Of a DNA stretch of 64,000 bases, positions 48,321 to 57,214 are shown in pieces (position 1 is the stretch's first letter; each line of letters begins with the position of its first letter). The stretch spans positions 51,302 through 115,301 of the forward strand of contig DAOVPY010000001.1 of the NCBI GenBank assembly GCA_030628945.1. Direction: 5' to 3'. The translations under genes and the position numbers were made by a program. This DNA comes from Candidatus Nealsonbacteria bacterium. Lineage in GTDB: Bacteria; Patescibacteriota; Minisyncoccia; Minisyncoccales; DAOVPY01. Under the pieces are notes generated by a model. That model was not told the origin of the DNA, ran no database searches, and saw nothing but the letters and a program-made list of their open reading frames with translations.

Positions 48321-49445
48321 ATGTTTTTTGTCCACCCGCAAATTAGGTTTAATAATTTATGGAGAGCGGTTTTCTCTTTATTTAAGAGGTCTGATTTAGA
48401 GCGCCTTAATCAGAATCTTTCTGAATACTTTCCAAAAAAGCAGTTCATTTTTACTGATATGGGTAGGTCGGCTTTTAAGGTTATAATTGAAAAATTCAAT
48501 CTGCAAAATTCTGAAATTCTTTTTCCGGCTTATATCTGCGATATTTTTTACCCAATTTTGAAGCAATATAACATTAAGCCAATTTTTTTGGATATTGATT
48601 TAGAGACCTTTCATATCAGAATTGATGAGATTAAGAAAAAAATCACTGCCAAAACCAGAGCAATTTTAGTTTGCCATACTTATGGTTTGCCCGCGGATAT
48701 CCAGGAAATTAGAAAAATTGTCGGTCAGGATATTTCCATTATTGAAGATTGCGCCCATTCTTTTGGCGCTGAATGTGATGATAGTTTTGTCGGAAATTTA
48801 GGGGATGTTTCTTTTGTAAGTTTATACAAGCAATTTCCCTGTTTAAGGGGCGGGTTGCTGGTTTGTCCCCAGGATTGGCGAATTTCTCTGCCAAAAACCT
48901 GTTTTAATTTTCGGGATTTTATTTCTTTTCTAAATTGCTTCTCGCCTTTTGCCTGGTTTTTTAAAAAATTCGGCGGGAAAGTGGCGCCTAAAATGATTAG
49001 AAAAGAAAAATCATTGAGGCCCACGAGGATTAACAGAGTTTCTTTAAATCTTTTTTCTGATTTTCTGAATGATTTTGAGAAATCATTGAAAAGGAGAAAA
49101 GAATTAGCCCTATTTTTTCAGGAAGAACTTAAAAAATTAGGATTTGAGGTTCAAAGCCATGAAGATAATATATTTTGTTATCTCTCGGTTTTAGTTCATA
49201 AAAATTTAGATGGGAAAAGAGATGAAATTATCCAGAAATTGAGAAAATACCGTGTTTTTTGCACCCGAATGTGGCATACCCCTATTATTTTAAATAAACA
49301 AGCCCGAAAAGAATATGAGATTAATTTAGATGAGTTTCCCAATGCCGTGGAAGCGGCTAAAAGAATTATCAATTTTCCTTTGCAAAATTACTACGCAAAA
49401 AAAGATATTGAAAAAATTATTAAAGCGATAAAAAAAGTTATATGA
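48321..49445 (+). CDS. DegT/DnrJ/EryC1/StrS-family PLP-dependent sugar aminotransferase
   Basis: IIEDCAHSFGA...VSFVSLYKQFP (PLP-lysine region), ~370 aa. Confidence 0.6.
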   Translation: MFFVHPQIRFNNLWRAVFSLFKRSDLERLNQNLSEYFPKKQFIFTDMGRSAFKVIIEKFNLQNSEILFPAYICDIFYPILKQYNIKPIFLDIDLETFHIRIDEIKKKITAKTRAILVCHTYGLPADIQEIRKIVGQDISIIEDCAHSFGAECDDSFVGNLGDVSFVSLYKQFPCLRGGLLVCPQDWRISLPKTCFNFRDFISFLNCFSPFAWFFKKFGGKVAPKMIRKEKSLRPTRINRVSLNLFSDFLNDFEKSLKRRKELALFFQEELKKLGFEVQSHEDNIFCYLSVLVHKNLDGKRDEIIQKLRKYRVFCTRMWHTPIILNKQARKEYEINLDEFPNAVEAAKRIINFPLQNYYAKKDIEKIIKAIKKVI

Positions 49446-50728
49446 GCCCCCACACCAAACAACCACATACTTCGTTTTTTGACGCCAAGGGCGATAGTGG
49501 TTGTTATGGTGTAGGGGTGAGGATTTTAATGCCGGTTCTGCATTACGACCCGGTGATTGGCGGTTTGGAAATTTGGACCAAAAATATCGCTGAGCGGCTT
49601 TCTGAAAAAGCGGAAATTTTTGTTATTACGGGCAGAGTACGCAATCAGCCAAGACAAGAAATTAAAAGTCGGGTTTACATCTTTCGGACATCTTTATTTT
49701 CCTTAAAAAATCTTTCTTATTCCTCGCCAATTTATATTCTGACTACTCTGCCTTTTATATTTTTTCAATCCCTATTATTGATTAAAAAATATAGGTTCAA
49801 CCTATGCCATTGCCAGGGTTTTTTGAGTTCGTTTCTGGGGTATTTGCTGTTTAAGCTTTGTAAAGTTTCTTATGTTGTTACGGTTCAGCGTCAGGAAAAA
49901 AAGAGTTTTTTGAGAAAGTTGGTTTATAAAAACGCGGTTTGTTGTATTGCCGCAAGTTCATACATTAAAAGATATTTTGAAGAAATTGGAGTTAAAAATA
50001 TAGAAATAATTCCCAACGGAATTGATATAGATAGGTTTCAGGTTTCAGGTTCCAGGTTTAAGATGAGAGAAAAATTAGGCGTAAAAGACGAATTTTTGAT
50101 AATGACCGTGGCCCGGTTGGAAAAAGTAAAAGGAATAAAATATCTCATAAAAGCAATCCATATTCTAAATACAGCAGCGAGGACGGGCCTCACTGCTGGC
50201 TTCGGGAATATAAGATACATAATCATTGGGGAGGGGAGCGAGAGAAAAAATTTGGAAAATTTGGTTAAAGAATTGAATTTAGAGAAAAAGGTTCACCCCG
50301 TTAAACCCTCCGCTAAAAGCGGAGGAATTCCGCCAAAAGCGGAATTGTTTAACAGGGTAAAATTTTTGGGAGAAATTCCCAATGAAAAAATTCCAGAGTA
50401 TCTTACGGCAGCGGATTGTTTTGTTCTGCCTTCTATCAAAGAAGGATTTGGCATTGTTCTTTTGGAAGCAATGGCCGCGGGTGTTTCTGTAATTGCGACA
50501 AATGTTGGGGGAATTCCTGATTTAGTTGAAGACGGGAAAACAGGGATTTTAATTGAACCAAAGAATCCCAAAGAGATTGCCGAAGCAATAATGAAAATTT
50601 ACCCCCAGCCAAAATTTACACAAAATTTAACAAAAAACGCGCGAAATAATTTAGAAAAATATAATTGGCAAAATATCGCAGAAAAAGTTTATGAAAATTA
50701 TATTAGCCACTCCAATTTATCCGCCTGA
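49442..50728 (+). CDS. GT4-family glycosyltransferase carrying an in-frame heptamer array and an in-frame palindromic-element insertion
   Basis: EGFGIVLLEAMAAGVSVIATNVGGIPDLV. Inserts: GGTTTCA x4 (RFQVSGSRFKM) and a 66-nt element encoding HPVKPSAKSGGIPPKAELFNRV. Confidence 0.75.
   Translation: MSPHTKQPHTSFFDAKGDSGCYGVGVRILMPVLHYDPVIGGLEIWTKNIAERLSEKAEIFVITGRVRNQPRQEIKSRVYIFRTSLFSLKNLSYSSPIYILTTLPFIFFQSLLLIKKYRFNLCHCQGFLSSFLGYLLFKLCKVSYVVTVQRQEKKSFLRKLVYKNAVCCIAASSYIKRYFEEIGVKNIEIIPNGIDIDRFQVSGSRFKMREKLGVKDEFLIMTVARLEKVKGIKYLIKAIHILNTAARTGLTAGFGNIRYIIIGEGSERKNLENLVKELNLEKKVHPVKPSAKSGGIPPKAELFNRVKFLGEIPNEKIPEYLTAADCFVLPSIKEGFGIVLLEAMAAGVSVIATNVGGIPDLVEDGKTGILIEPKNPKEIAEAIMKIYPQPKFTQNLTKNARNNLEKYNWQNIAEKVYENYISHSNLSA
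50034..50060. repeat. Heptanucleotide tandem repeat GGTTTCA x ~3.9 inside the GT4 CDS
   Basis: Direct read: ggtttca ggtttca ggttcca ggttta. Confidence 0.85.
50291..50360. repeat. Small palindromic element (family copy 4) inserted in-frame in the GT4 CDS: GTTCACCCCGTTAAAC - two tandem hairpins - GTTTAACAGGGTAAA
   Basis: gGTTCACCCCGTTAAACc-ctccgctaaaagcggag-gaa-ttccgccaaaagcggaa-ttGTTTAACAGGGTaaa. It shares termini and the CCGCTAAAAGCGG hairpin with the intergenic copies at 23737 and 34234. Confidence 0.8.
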
Positions 50729-51791
50729 TATCGGCGGTCCCGCCCAATATGTTAAGAATTTAGCCGAAGGATTAAACAAAAAAGATTTTGAAATAGAAAT
50801 TCTTTCTTATCAAAAATTAAAAAATATTCCTCAGCCATTCAGATTTTTTATTTATCTATTGAGGGTTTTTAAAAAAGCGAAACATTGCGATATTGTCTAC
50901 GCTTTTAATTTGATTAGCTGCGGCTTGCCCTCTTGTTTAGCCGCTAAAATTTTAAGGAAAAAATTTTTATTGCGGTTGGGCGGCGATTTTCTCTGGGAAA
51001 GGGCGGTGGAGCAAGGAAGGACCAAAAAGCCGTTAAGAGAATATTATCAGGAAGCAAGGAGCTTAAAAGAGAAATTTTGGATAAAATTGATAAAAATTGT
51101 TCTTAATAGAGCCGACAAGATTATTTTTACCGGCAATTTTCAAAAAAACATTTATCAGAAACAATTTGGTCTCAAAGAGGAAAAAATTGTTATTATTCCA
51201 AATCCTTTTCCTGAAATTAAAACAACCGACAACCGACAACCGACAACCGACGACCAATTACTCTATGCCGGACGCTTGCTGAAGCTTAAAAATTTAGATA
51301 GTTTAATTAAAGCAGTGGCAGATATTGAACAAGAAACACAGGGTTCAAAACTTTCTTTAAAAATTATCGGCGAGGGTCCTGAAGAAAAGAATTTAAGATT
51401 ACAGCTCGCAAATCTGAAACTGCAAGATAAGGTGATTATTGAAAAGCCGGTTTCCCATAGGAATTTATTAAACGAAATCCAAAAGAGTTATCTTTGCGTT
51501 TTGCCTTCTTTGACCGAGATTTCGCCGAATTTCGCGTTAGAGTGTTTGGCGCTGCGGAAGCCGATATTATTAACCAAAGAAACCGGTTATTATGAAAGAT
51601 TCAAAGAAAATTTGATTTTCCTTAATCCTCAAAATAAAAAAGACATGGAAGAAAAAATACTTTATCTTTTAGACGCAGAAAATTATCAAAATTATCTCGG
51701 AAAAATAAAGAAAATAAATATTACTCGGGATTGGCGAGGTGTTGTTGCGGAACATTTGGCCGTCTTTAGAAATTTATGTTCTATTGGCTAA
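50691..51791 (+). CDS. GT4-like glycosyltransferase with an in-frame CAACCGA heptamer array
   Basis: Two-Rossmann GT-B layout (…IIPNPFPE… / …IIGEGPE…). Insert encodes KTTDNRQPTTDDQ. Confidence 0.55.
   Translation: MKIILATPIYPPDIGGPAQYVKNLAEGLNKKDFEIEILSYQKLKNIPQPFRFFIYLLRVFKKAKHCDIVYAFNLISCGLPSCLAAKILRKKFLLRLGGDFLWERAVEQGRTKKPLREYYQEARSLKEKFWIKLIKIVLNRADKIIFTGNFQKNIYQKQFGLKEEKIVIIPNPFPEIKTTDNRQPTTDDQLLYAGRLLKLKNLDSLIKAVADIEQETQGSKLSLKIIGEGPEEKNLRLQLANLKLQDKVIIEKPVSHRNLLNEIQKSYLCVLPSLTEISPNFALECLALRKPILLTKETGYYERFKENLIFLNPQNKKDMEEKILYLLDAENYQNYLGKIKKINITRDWRGVVAEHLAVFRNLCSIG
51223..51257. repeat. Heptanucleotide tandem repeat CAACCGA x4 (+1 degenerate) inside the GT CDS
   Basis: Direct read: caaccga caaccga caaccga caaccga cgaccaa. 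Confidence 0.85.
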
Positions 51792-52774
51792 AAGACAAAT
51801 TGAGCAAATTAAGTTTAGTAAGATCAATATTTTTAATTTTGCCGGATGAAATAATCAGGTTGCGCAGACTGAGAGAGATTATTATTGAGCCAACAAATTT
51901 TTGTAATTTGAGGTGTTCTTTTTGCGTCAATTATCATTCCAAGAGGAATAAGGGGATAATGAAATTAGACAGATTTAAATATTTATTATTTTTTTTGCCG
52001 AATACAATCAAGAAAGTTACTTTGCATTTTGCCGGCGAACCGTTTCTTAACCCCTATCTTTCGGAGATGATTAAAATTTTGAAAGATAAAAAGATAGAAG
52101 TGAGATTAAGCACCAATGGCACTTTGCCTTTTAAGAATTACGAAAAAGCAATTAACGCCGGTTTGGATTTAATGATGATTGCGCTTGATGGTCCTTTCAA
52201 AATAATGCATGAGAAATATCGGATAGGAAGCAATTTTGATTCTATTTTGGAAACAATTAAAAAGATATCTCGTATTCCGAACAAAAGGACTAAAATTGTT
52301 ATTCAATATTTGGTAATGCGGCACAACGAAAAATATATTCCTCAGATGAAGGAGCTTTGTAAAAATTTAGGAGTTGACGAATTATGGCTGAAGACTACTT
52401 CTTTTAATATCGCTTCCGACGAAGAGATGGAGAAAAAAGTATTGCAAGCGGCAAAAGAGTATTTGCCGAGAAATAAGAAGTACGCCCGCTATGTTATAAA
52501 AGGAAATAAATTAATCAACATTGACAAGCCAAAAATTTGTAATTGGATTTGGCGGACCGTTGTTTTGTGGAATGGCGATGTTGGAATATGCTGCGCTGAT
52601 TTAGAGGGCGAGGTGATAGTCGGGAATATTTTTAAAAATAAAAGTTTTGTAAAAATTTGGAGAAGCAAAAAATACGCACGGATTAGAAAAGAAATAATAA
52701 AGCAGAGTTTGCCTGTTTGTCAAAATTGCAATGTAGCCAACAGGCCTTATGTTGAAAAAATAAAATTTAAATGA
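51776..52774 (+). CDS. Radical SAM protein with C-terminal SPASM/twitch domain
   Basis: EPTNFCNLRCSFCVN (CxxxCxxC); C-terminal Cys cluster CNWIW...GICCADLEG...CQNCNV. Confidence 0.7.
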   Translation: MFYWLKDKLSKLSLVRSIFLILPDEIIRLRRLREIIIEPTNFCNLRCSFCVNYHSKRNKGIMKLDRFKYLLFFLPNTIKKVTLHFAGEPFLNPYLSEMIKILKDKKIEVRLSTNGTLPFKNYEKAINAGLDLMMIALDGPFKIMHEKYRIGSNFDSILETIKKISRIPNKRTKIVIQYLVMRHNEKYIPQMKELCKNLGVDELWLKTTSFNIASDEEMEKKVLQAAKEYLPRNKKYARYVIKGNKLINIDKPKICNWIWRTVVLWNGDVGICCADLEGEVIVGNIFKNKSFVKIWRSKKYARIRKEIIKQSLPVCQNCNVANRPYVEKIKFK

Positions 52775-52775
52775 A

Positions 52776-53915
52776 ATGAAAAAAGTTTTATTTATTTCTG
52801 TTACAAATTTGAATTTAAAGAGTAATGTCCCTTTGCGTCTCAAGAAAAAATTTGAGGGATTAAGCAAGGGAATAAAACCTTATGTTCTGGCCAAGGGCAG
52901 GCCTCTTCATAAAGAAAAATGGGGAGCTGATTTTTTTCTTTTGCCTCCGAATTTTTTATTCTGGCCATGCGCCTTTTTTCTGGCTTTTTATCTTTGTTTA
53001 ACAAAAAAAATAGACGCGATAGTGTGCCAGTCGCCGTTAGTTGAGGGTTTTACTGGTTCAATTTTGAAAAAATTATTAAAGAAAGAATTGATTGTGGAGA
53101 TTCACGGCGACTGGATTGAAGGGCCTTTTCTTTCAAAAAAAAGAAAACTCGCCTTTTTAGAAAGAAAGATAGTTCCGATTTTAGCGAAAATAAGTTTTAG
53201 AAACGCGGATAAAATCAGGGCAGTGGCAGGATGTTTAGCAGAGAAAGCAAAAAAAATCGCTCCGAAAAAACCCTATTTTATATTTCCCACTTTTACTGAT
53301 TTAAGTATTTTTTTATATGAAAAAGAAACAAAGTTTGATAATTTTATTTTATTCGTAGGGCATTTAGAAAAAGTAAAAGGAGCAAATACGCTTATGGAAG
53401 CGTTCCATAAGCTAAATTTTCAATTTTCAATTTCCCTGGACCCCGCTTCGCAGCGGGGGACTCCCCGTAGGGTTGCTTTTCAATTATTGATTATCGGAGA
53501 AGGAAGCGAGAGGAAAAATCTTGAGTTGCAAGTTGCAAGTTATAAGTTACAAGATAAGGTGGAGTTTAAGGGAAAGTTATCATTGGAAGAAACCAAAGAT
53601 ATTATGAAAAATTGCTATTGTTTAGTTCTGCCTTCTTTGTCAGAGGGTTTGCCAAGGGTTATTATGGAAGCAATGGCTTTGGGCAAGCCATTGATTGCCA
53701 GCAATGTCGGCGGCATTCCTGAACTTATAAAAGACAATGAAAATGGATTTTTGTTCCGGATTGGTGATTCCCAGGAATTAGCCGAGAAATTAAGGGTTTT
53801 ATTAAGAGATAAAAAAATGGCTCAAGAAATGGGACAAAAAGGCAGAGAGTTTGTTAAAGAAAATTTTTCTAATGAAAAATATCTCCAAAATTACATACAA
53901 ATGATAAATTCATGA
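52776..53915 (+). CDS. GT4-family glycosyltransferase with an in-frame hairpin insert and heptamer array
   Basis: EGLPRVIMEAMALGKPLIASNVGGIPELI. Inserts encode FQFSISLDPASQRGTPRRVAFQLL and ELQVASYKLQDKV. Confidence 0.75.
   Translation: MKKVLFISVTNLNLKSNVPLRLKKKFEGLSKGIKPYVLAKGRPLHKEKWGADFFLLPPNFLFWPCAFFLAFYLCLTKKIDAIVCQSPLVEGFTGSILKKLLKKELIVEIHGDWIEGPFLSKKRKLAFLERKIVPILAKISFRNADKIRAVAGCLAEKAKKIAPKKPYFIFPTFTDLSIFLYEKETKFDNFILFVGHLEKVKGANTLMEAFHKLNFQFSISLDPASQRGTPRRVAFQLLIIGEGSERKNLELQVASYKLQDKVEFKGKLSLEETKDIMKNCYCLVLPSLSEGLPRVIMEAMALGKPLIASNVGGIPELIKDNENGFLFRIGDSQELAEKLRVLLRDKKMAQEMGQKGREFVKENFSNEKYLQNYIQMINS
53417..53489. repeat. In-CDS GC-rich double hairpin (CCCCGCTTCGCAGCGGGG, GGGGACTCCCC) flanked by direct repeats of TTTTCAATT (target-site-duplication-like)
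   Basis: aaaTTTTCAATTTTCAATTtccctggaccccgcttcgcagcgggggactccccgtagggttgcTTTTCAATTattg. Confidence 0.75.
53526..53560. repeat. Heptanucleotide tandem repeat GTTGCAA/GTTACAA x ~5 inside the GT4 CDS (same unit family as parB-upstream and pth repeats)
   Basis: Direct read: gttgcaa gttgcaa gttataa gttacaa gataagg. Confidence 0.85.
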
Positions 53916-54973
53916 AATTGCTTATAGTTACTCAAAAAGTTGATATTAACGATGATAATTTGGGTTTTTTCCATTGCTGGCTGGAGAAATTCTCAGAAAA
54001 ATTGGAAAAACTTTATGTAATTTGTCTTTGGGAGGGGAGACATAATTTACCTGACAATGTTCAGGTTTATTCTTTAGGGAAAGAGAAAGGATATTCAAAA
54101 ATGAGGCAGTTTTTTCTATTACAAAAATTTCTTTTCAAAATTTTAAGAGATGCGGATGGCGTTTTTGTTCATATGTGCCCGATTTACGCTATTCTTAGCT
54201 TTCCTTTGGCAAAGTTGTTCAGAAAAAAGACGCTTTTATGGTATCTTCACAAATCAGTAAATTGGAAATTGAAATTAGCCGGAAAATTAACAGATAAAAT
54301 CTTAACTGCTTCTTCTGAAAGCTGCCGGTTAAAAAACAGGAACAAGATTGAAATAGTGGGGCATGGAATAGACATAGATAAATTCCAAACTACAAACTAC
54401 AAACTACAAACTACAAACTACAAAATACTTTGCGTTGGGAGGATATCGTTGATTAAAGACCAAGAAACGTTGATTGAGGCGGTTGATATTTTAATCAACC
54501 AAAAGGATATTAAAAATTTGGAACTAAAAATCATTGGCAGTCCCCTGGAGAATTATGAAAAGGAATATTATAAAAAAATAAAAAATTTGGTAAAAGATAA
54601 AAATTTAGAAAATTATGTAGAGTTTTCAGGAAGTATTTTTCATAAAGAAATGCCGCAGTATTATCAGAATAATGATGTTTTGATAAATTTGTGTCCAACC
54701 GGAGGAATAGACAAAGTTGTTCTGGAAGCAATGGCTTGTAAAATGCCGGTTTTACTTTGTAATAGAGCTTTTGAAAAGGATTTAGCGGAATATAAGGATA
54801 TATTGTTTTTTCAGGAAAAAAATTCGCAAAATCTGGCTCAAAAAATTTTAGGGCTGAAGAATCTCAATAATAAAATTAAGATTGAGCTCGGAAATTATTT
54901 AAGAAATCAGATTGTTCAAAACCATGATTTGGATAATTTAGTAAAAAAAATAGTTAATGAGTTTAAAAAATAG
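53912..54973 (+). CDS. Glycosyltransferase (GT4-like, C-terminal Rossmann domain recognisable) with an in-frame AAACTAC heptamer array
   Basis: IDKVVLEAMACKMPVLL; insert encodes KFQTTNYKLQTTNYK directly after the GIDIDKF motif. Confidence 0.5.
   Translation: MKLLIVTQKVDINDDNLGFFHCWLEKFSEKLEKLYVICLWEGRHNLPDNVQVYSLGKEKGYSKMRQFFLLQKFLFKILRDADGVFVHMCPIYAILSFPLAKLFRKKTLLWYLHKSVNWKLKLAGKLTDKILTASSESCRLKNRNKIEIVGHGIDIDKFQTTNYKLQTTNYKILCVGRISLIKDQETLIEAVDILINQKDIKNLELKIIGSPLENYEKEYYKKIKNLVKDKNLENYVEFSGSIFHKEMPQYYQNNDVLINLCPTGGIDKVVLEAMACKMPVLLCNRAFEKDLAEYKDILFFQEKNSQNLAQKILGLKNLNNKIKIELGNYLRNQIVQNHDLDNLVKKIVNEFKK
54387..54427. repeat. Heptanucleotide tandem repeat AAACTAC x5 (+ degenerate unit) inside the GT CDS
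   Basis: Direct read: aaactac aaactac aaactac aaactac aaactac aaaatac. Confidence 0.9.
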
Positions 54974-55751
54974 AATCAAGACAATTATTTTTTGGGGATT
55001 GAATTTGATTTCAGAGGATTTTCCTCCAAGAAAAGCCGCTATTTTAATGTATCACTCGGTGGATTACAACCCGATATTTTTTACCGTGAAGCCGGAAAAT
55101 TTTCAGAGACAGATGGATTATTTAAAGGAAAAGAAATATAATGTTATTTCTTTGGCAAGGTTGATAGAATGTATAAAAAGCAAAAATATTCCTTTGAAAA
55201 CCGTTGTTTTGACCTTTGATGACGGATATGAAGACAATTATTTTAATGTTTTTCCGATTTTAAAGAAATATAATTTTCCAGCAACATTTTTTTTAATCAC
55301 CGGCAATATGGGCAGAAAAAACGTTTCAGTGGTATCCGGAAATATCTACCCCCAAATACTGAACTGGCGGCAAGCGCAAGAAATGCATAGTTCGGGCTTA
55401 ATTGATTTTGAACCCCACACCGTCAGCCATCCAAAACTGCGCAAAATTTCTTTAAGAGAAGCCGAGCGAGAAATTTTAGATTCAAGAAAAACTATTGAAG
55501 AAAATCTAAACAAGAAATGTTCTTTTTTTGCTTATCCCTATGGAGAGCATAATCATGAAATAGAAGATATTTTGGAGCGGAATGGTTTTTTGGGCGCGGC
55601 AACCGTTAATCAAGGATTGGTCGGACCTAAGGATAATTTATTGCGATTAAAAAGAAATTCTATTGATTATTCGGTTGATTTTATTCAATTTAAGGCAAAA
55701 TTGAATCTTTCCATAGATATTTTTAAGTTCATATTTCGTAATTCAGGGTAA
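54957..55751 (+). CDS. Polysaccharide deacetylase (CE4, NodB homology domain)
   Basis: VLTFDDGYEDNY (TFDDG motif 1) and HTVSHP motif. Confidence 0.75.
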   Translation: MSLKNRIKTIIFWGLNLISEDFPPRKAAILMYHSVDYNPIFFTVKPENFQRQMDYLKEKKYNVISLARLIECIKSKNIPLKTVVLTFDDGYEDNYFNVFPILKKYNFPATFFLITGNMGRKNVSVVSGNIYPQILNWRQAQEMHSSGLIDFEPHTVSHPKLRKISLREAEREILDSRKTIEENLNKKCSFFAYPYGEHNHEIEDILERNGFLGAATVNQGLVGPKDNLLRLKRNSIDYSVDFIQFKAKLNLSIDIFKFIFRNSG

Positions 55752-55771
55752 AATAATTAAAAATTTCAACA

Positions 55772-57214
55772 ATGAACGATATTAAAATTTTGTTAAATTA
55801 TAATTTTAATCCGGCAGATTTAGATTTTTCTTCCGATAAATTTGAAGATTTATTTAATTTCAAGCGGCGAGATTCTTGTTTTGCTTTTGTTTACGAAGAC
55901 GATGGCGATATCTACGCTATTCGCGATCATTTTGGCCAGATTCCTCTTTATTATCGCGCTGACGCAAAGATAAGATTTTCAACATCTTTAATTAGCCTTT
56001 TAGACTCTGAATGCCATGTTAATTTTAAAGGATTAAAACATTTTTTAAGTTTTGGCACTTCCAGGATTATTCCGCCTTTTGACGAGATAAAGGTTGTTCC
56101 TTCTGGTTCAGTGATAAAAATAAATAAAAAGACAAAAAAAGTTAAATTGTTGTACCAATATCTTCCCATGGCAAAACATTATAAATTCAAACGTTTTAAT
56201 GATCATGTTGATAAATTTGAAGAGTTATTTTCAGAGGCAATTCAAAGAACAATAAAAAACAAGGAAGTCGGATTGCTTTTAAGCGGCGGTATTGATTCCG
56301 GGTTAACCGGATATTATTTAAAGAAACAGGGGATAAGGATTAATGCTTATAGCTCGGCTCCTCACGGAAGGACAAGTTCGGAAATAAAATTTTCAAAGAT
56401 TAATGGCAAAATTATAAAACCCGAAAATCATTTTATTAGTTATTTAGAAAAAGAAGATTTTTTATTTTCTTTTGAAAATTTATTTTCATTTTACAAAACC
56501 ATCAACGGCATCGACACTAGTTTAGGGGTAGTAAAATTATATCAGGATTTCCCGATTGAAAATGAAAAACAGGTCTATTATGCTCAAAATTCCGATACGG
56601 CGAATTGTTCTGTTTCGTCCCAATATGTAGCATATTTCTCAAAATTTATTTTCTATCCTTGCAGAAAATTTTTGCATAGATATTTATCGCAAAAGGATTG
56701 TCTCAGAAATTATTTAAATTTTGTCAGCAAAGGATTAATCAATAAGAATGAAGAATTTGAGAAAAGGTTTCCTAAAAAAGATTTTTCAGATATAGAGAGG
56801 TTGTCATTAGCCGGAATACTTATTGTTCACAGCCAGAGCGACAGCGAGGTAGTTACCGATCCCTTGATTCACCAGAATATTTTAGTTTCTAATCCGTTTT
56901 TTGATGTGGATGTGGTAGAATTTTTTCTTGGAATTCCATTAAGATATCGTTTAGCATTTCAAAAGAAATCGCCGACTAAGATAGTTATTGAAAAATCAGC
57001 GCCAAAAAAGTTGGCTGCAAGATTTTTTCCAGAAGAGGTTTATAAACGGAAAAAAGGGTTTAATGTTCCTCTTGGAAAATTGCCAGATAATTTTTTTGAC
57101 ATTCTGCCTTTAAAAATAGACGATATAATAGTGGATAATTTACACGAAGATCAGAAATTTTCCTTAAAAGTATTATTAGAATGGTGTAGAAAGTTTAATA
57201 TAAAAGAGTTATGA
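55772..57214 (+). CDS. Asparagine synthetase (AsnB)-like amidotransferase lacking the N-terminal catalytic Cys
   Basis: PP-loop LLSGGIDSGLTGYYL. AsnB-like N-terminal fold, but the sequence starts MNDIK (no Met-Cys). Confidence 0.5.
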   Translation: MNDIKILLNYNFNPADLDFSSDKFEDLFNFKRRDSCFAFVYEDDGDIYAIRDHFGQIPLYYRADAKIRFSTSLISLLDSECHVNFKGLKHFLSFGTSRIIPPFDEIKVVPSGSVIKINKKTKKVKLLYQYLPMAKHYKFKRFNDHVDKFEELFSEAIQRTIKNKEVGLLLSGGIDSGLTGYYLKKQGIRINAYSSAPHGRTSSEIKFSKINGKIIKPENHFISYLEKEDFLFSFENLFSFYKTINGIDTSLGVVKLYQDFPIENEKQVYYAQNSDTANCSVSSQYVAYFSKFIFYPCRKFLHRYLSQKDCLRNYLNFVSKGLINKNEEFEKRFPKKDFSDIERLSLAGILIVHSQSDSEVVTDPLIHQNILVSNPFFDVDVVEFFLGIPLRYRLAFQKKSPTKIVIEKSAPKKLAARFFPEEVYKRKKGFNVPLGKLPDNFFDILPLKIDDIIVDNLHEDQKFSLKVLLEWCRKFNIKEL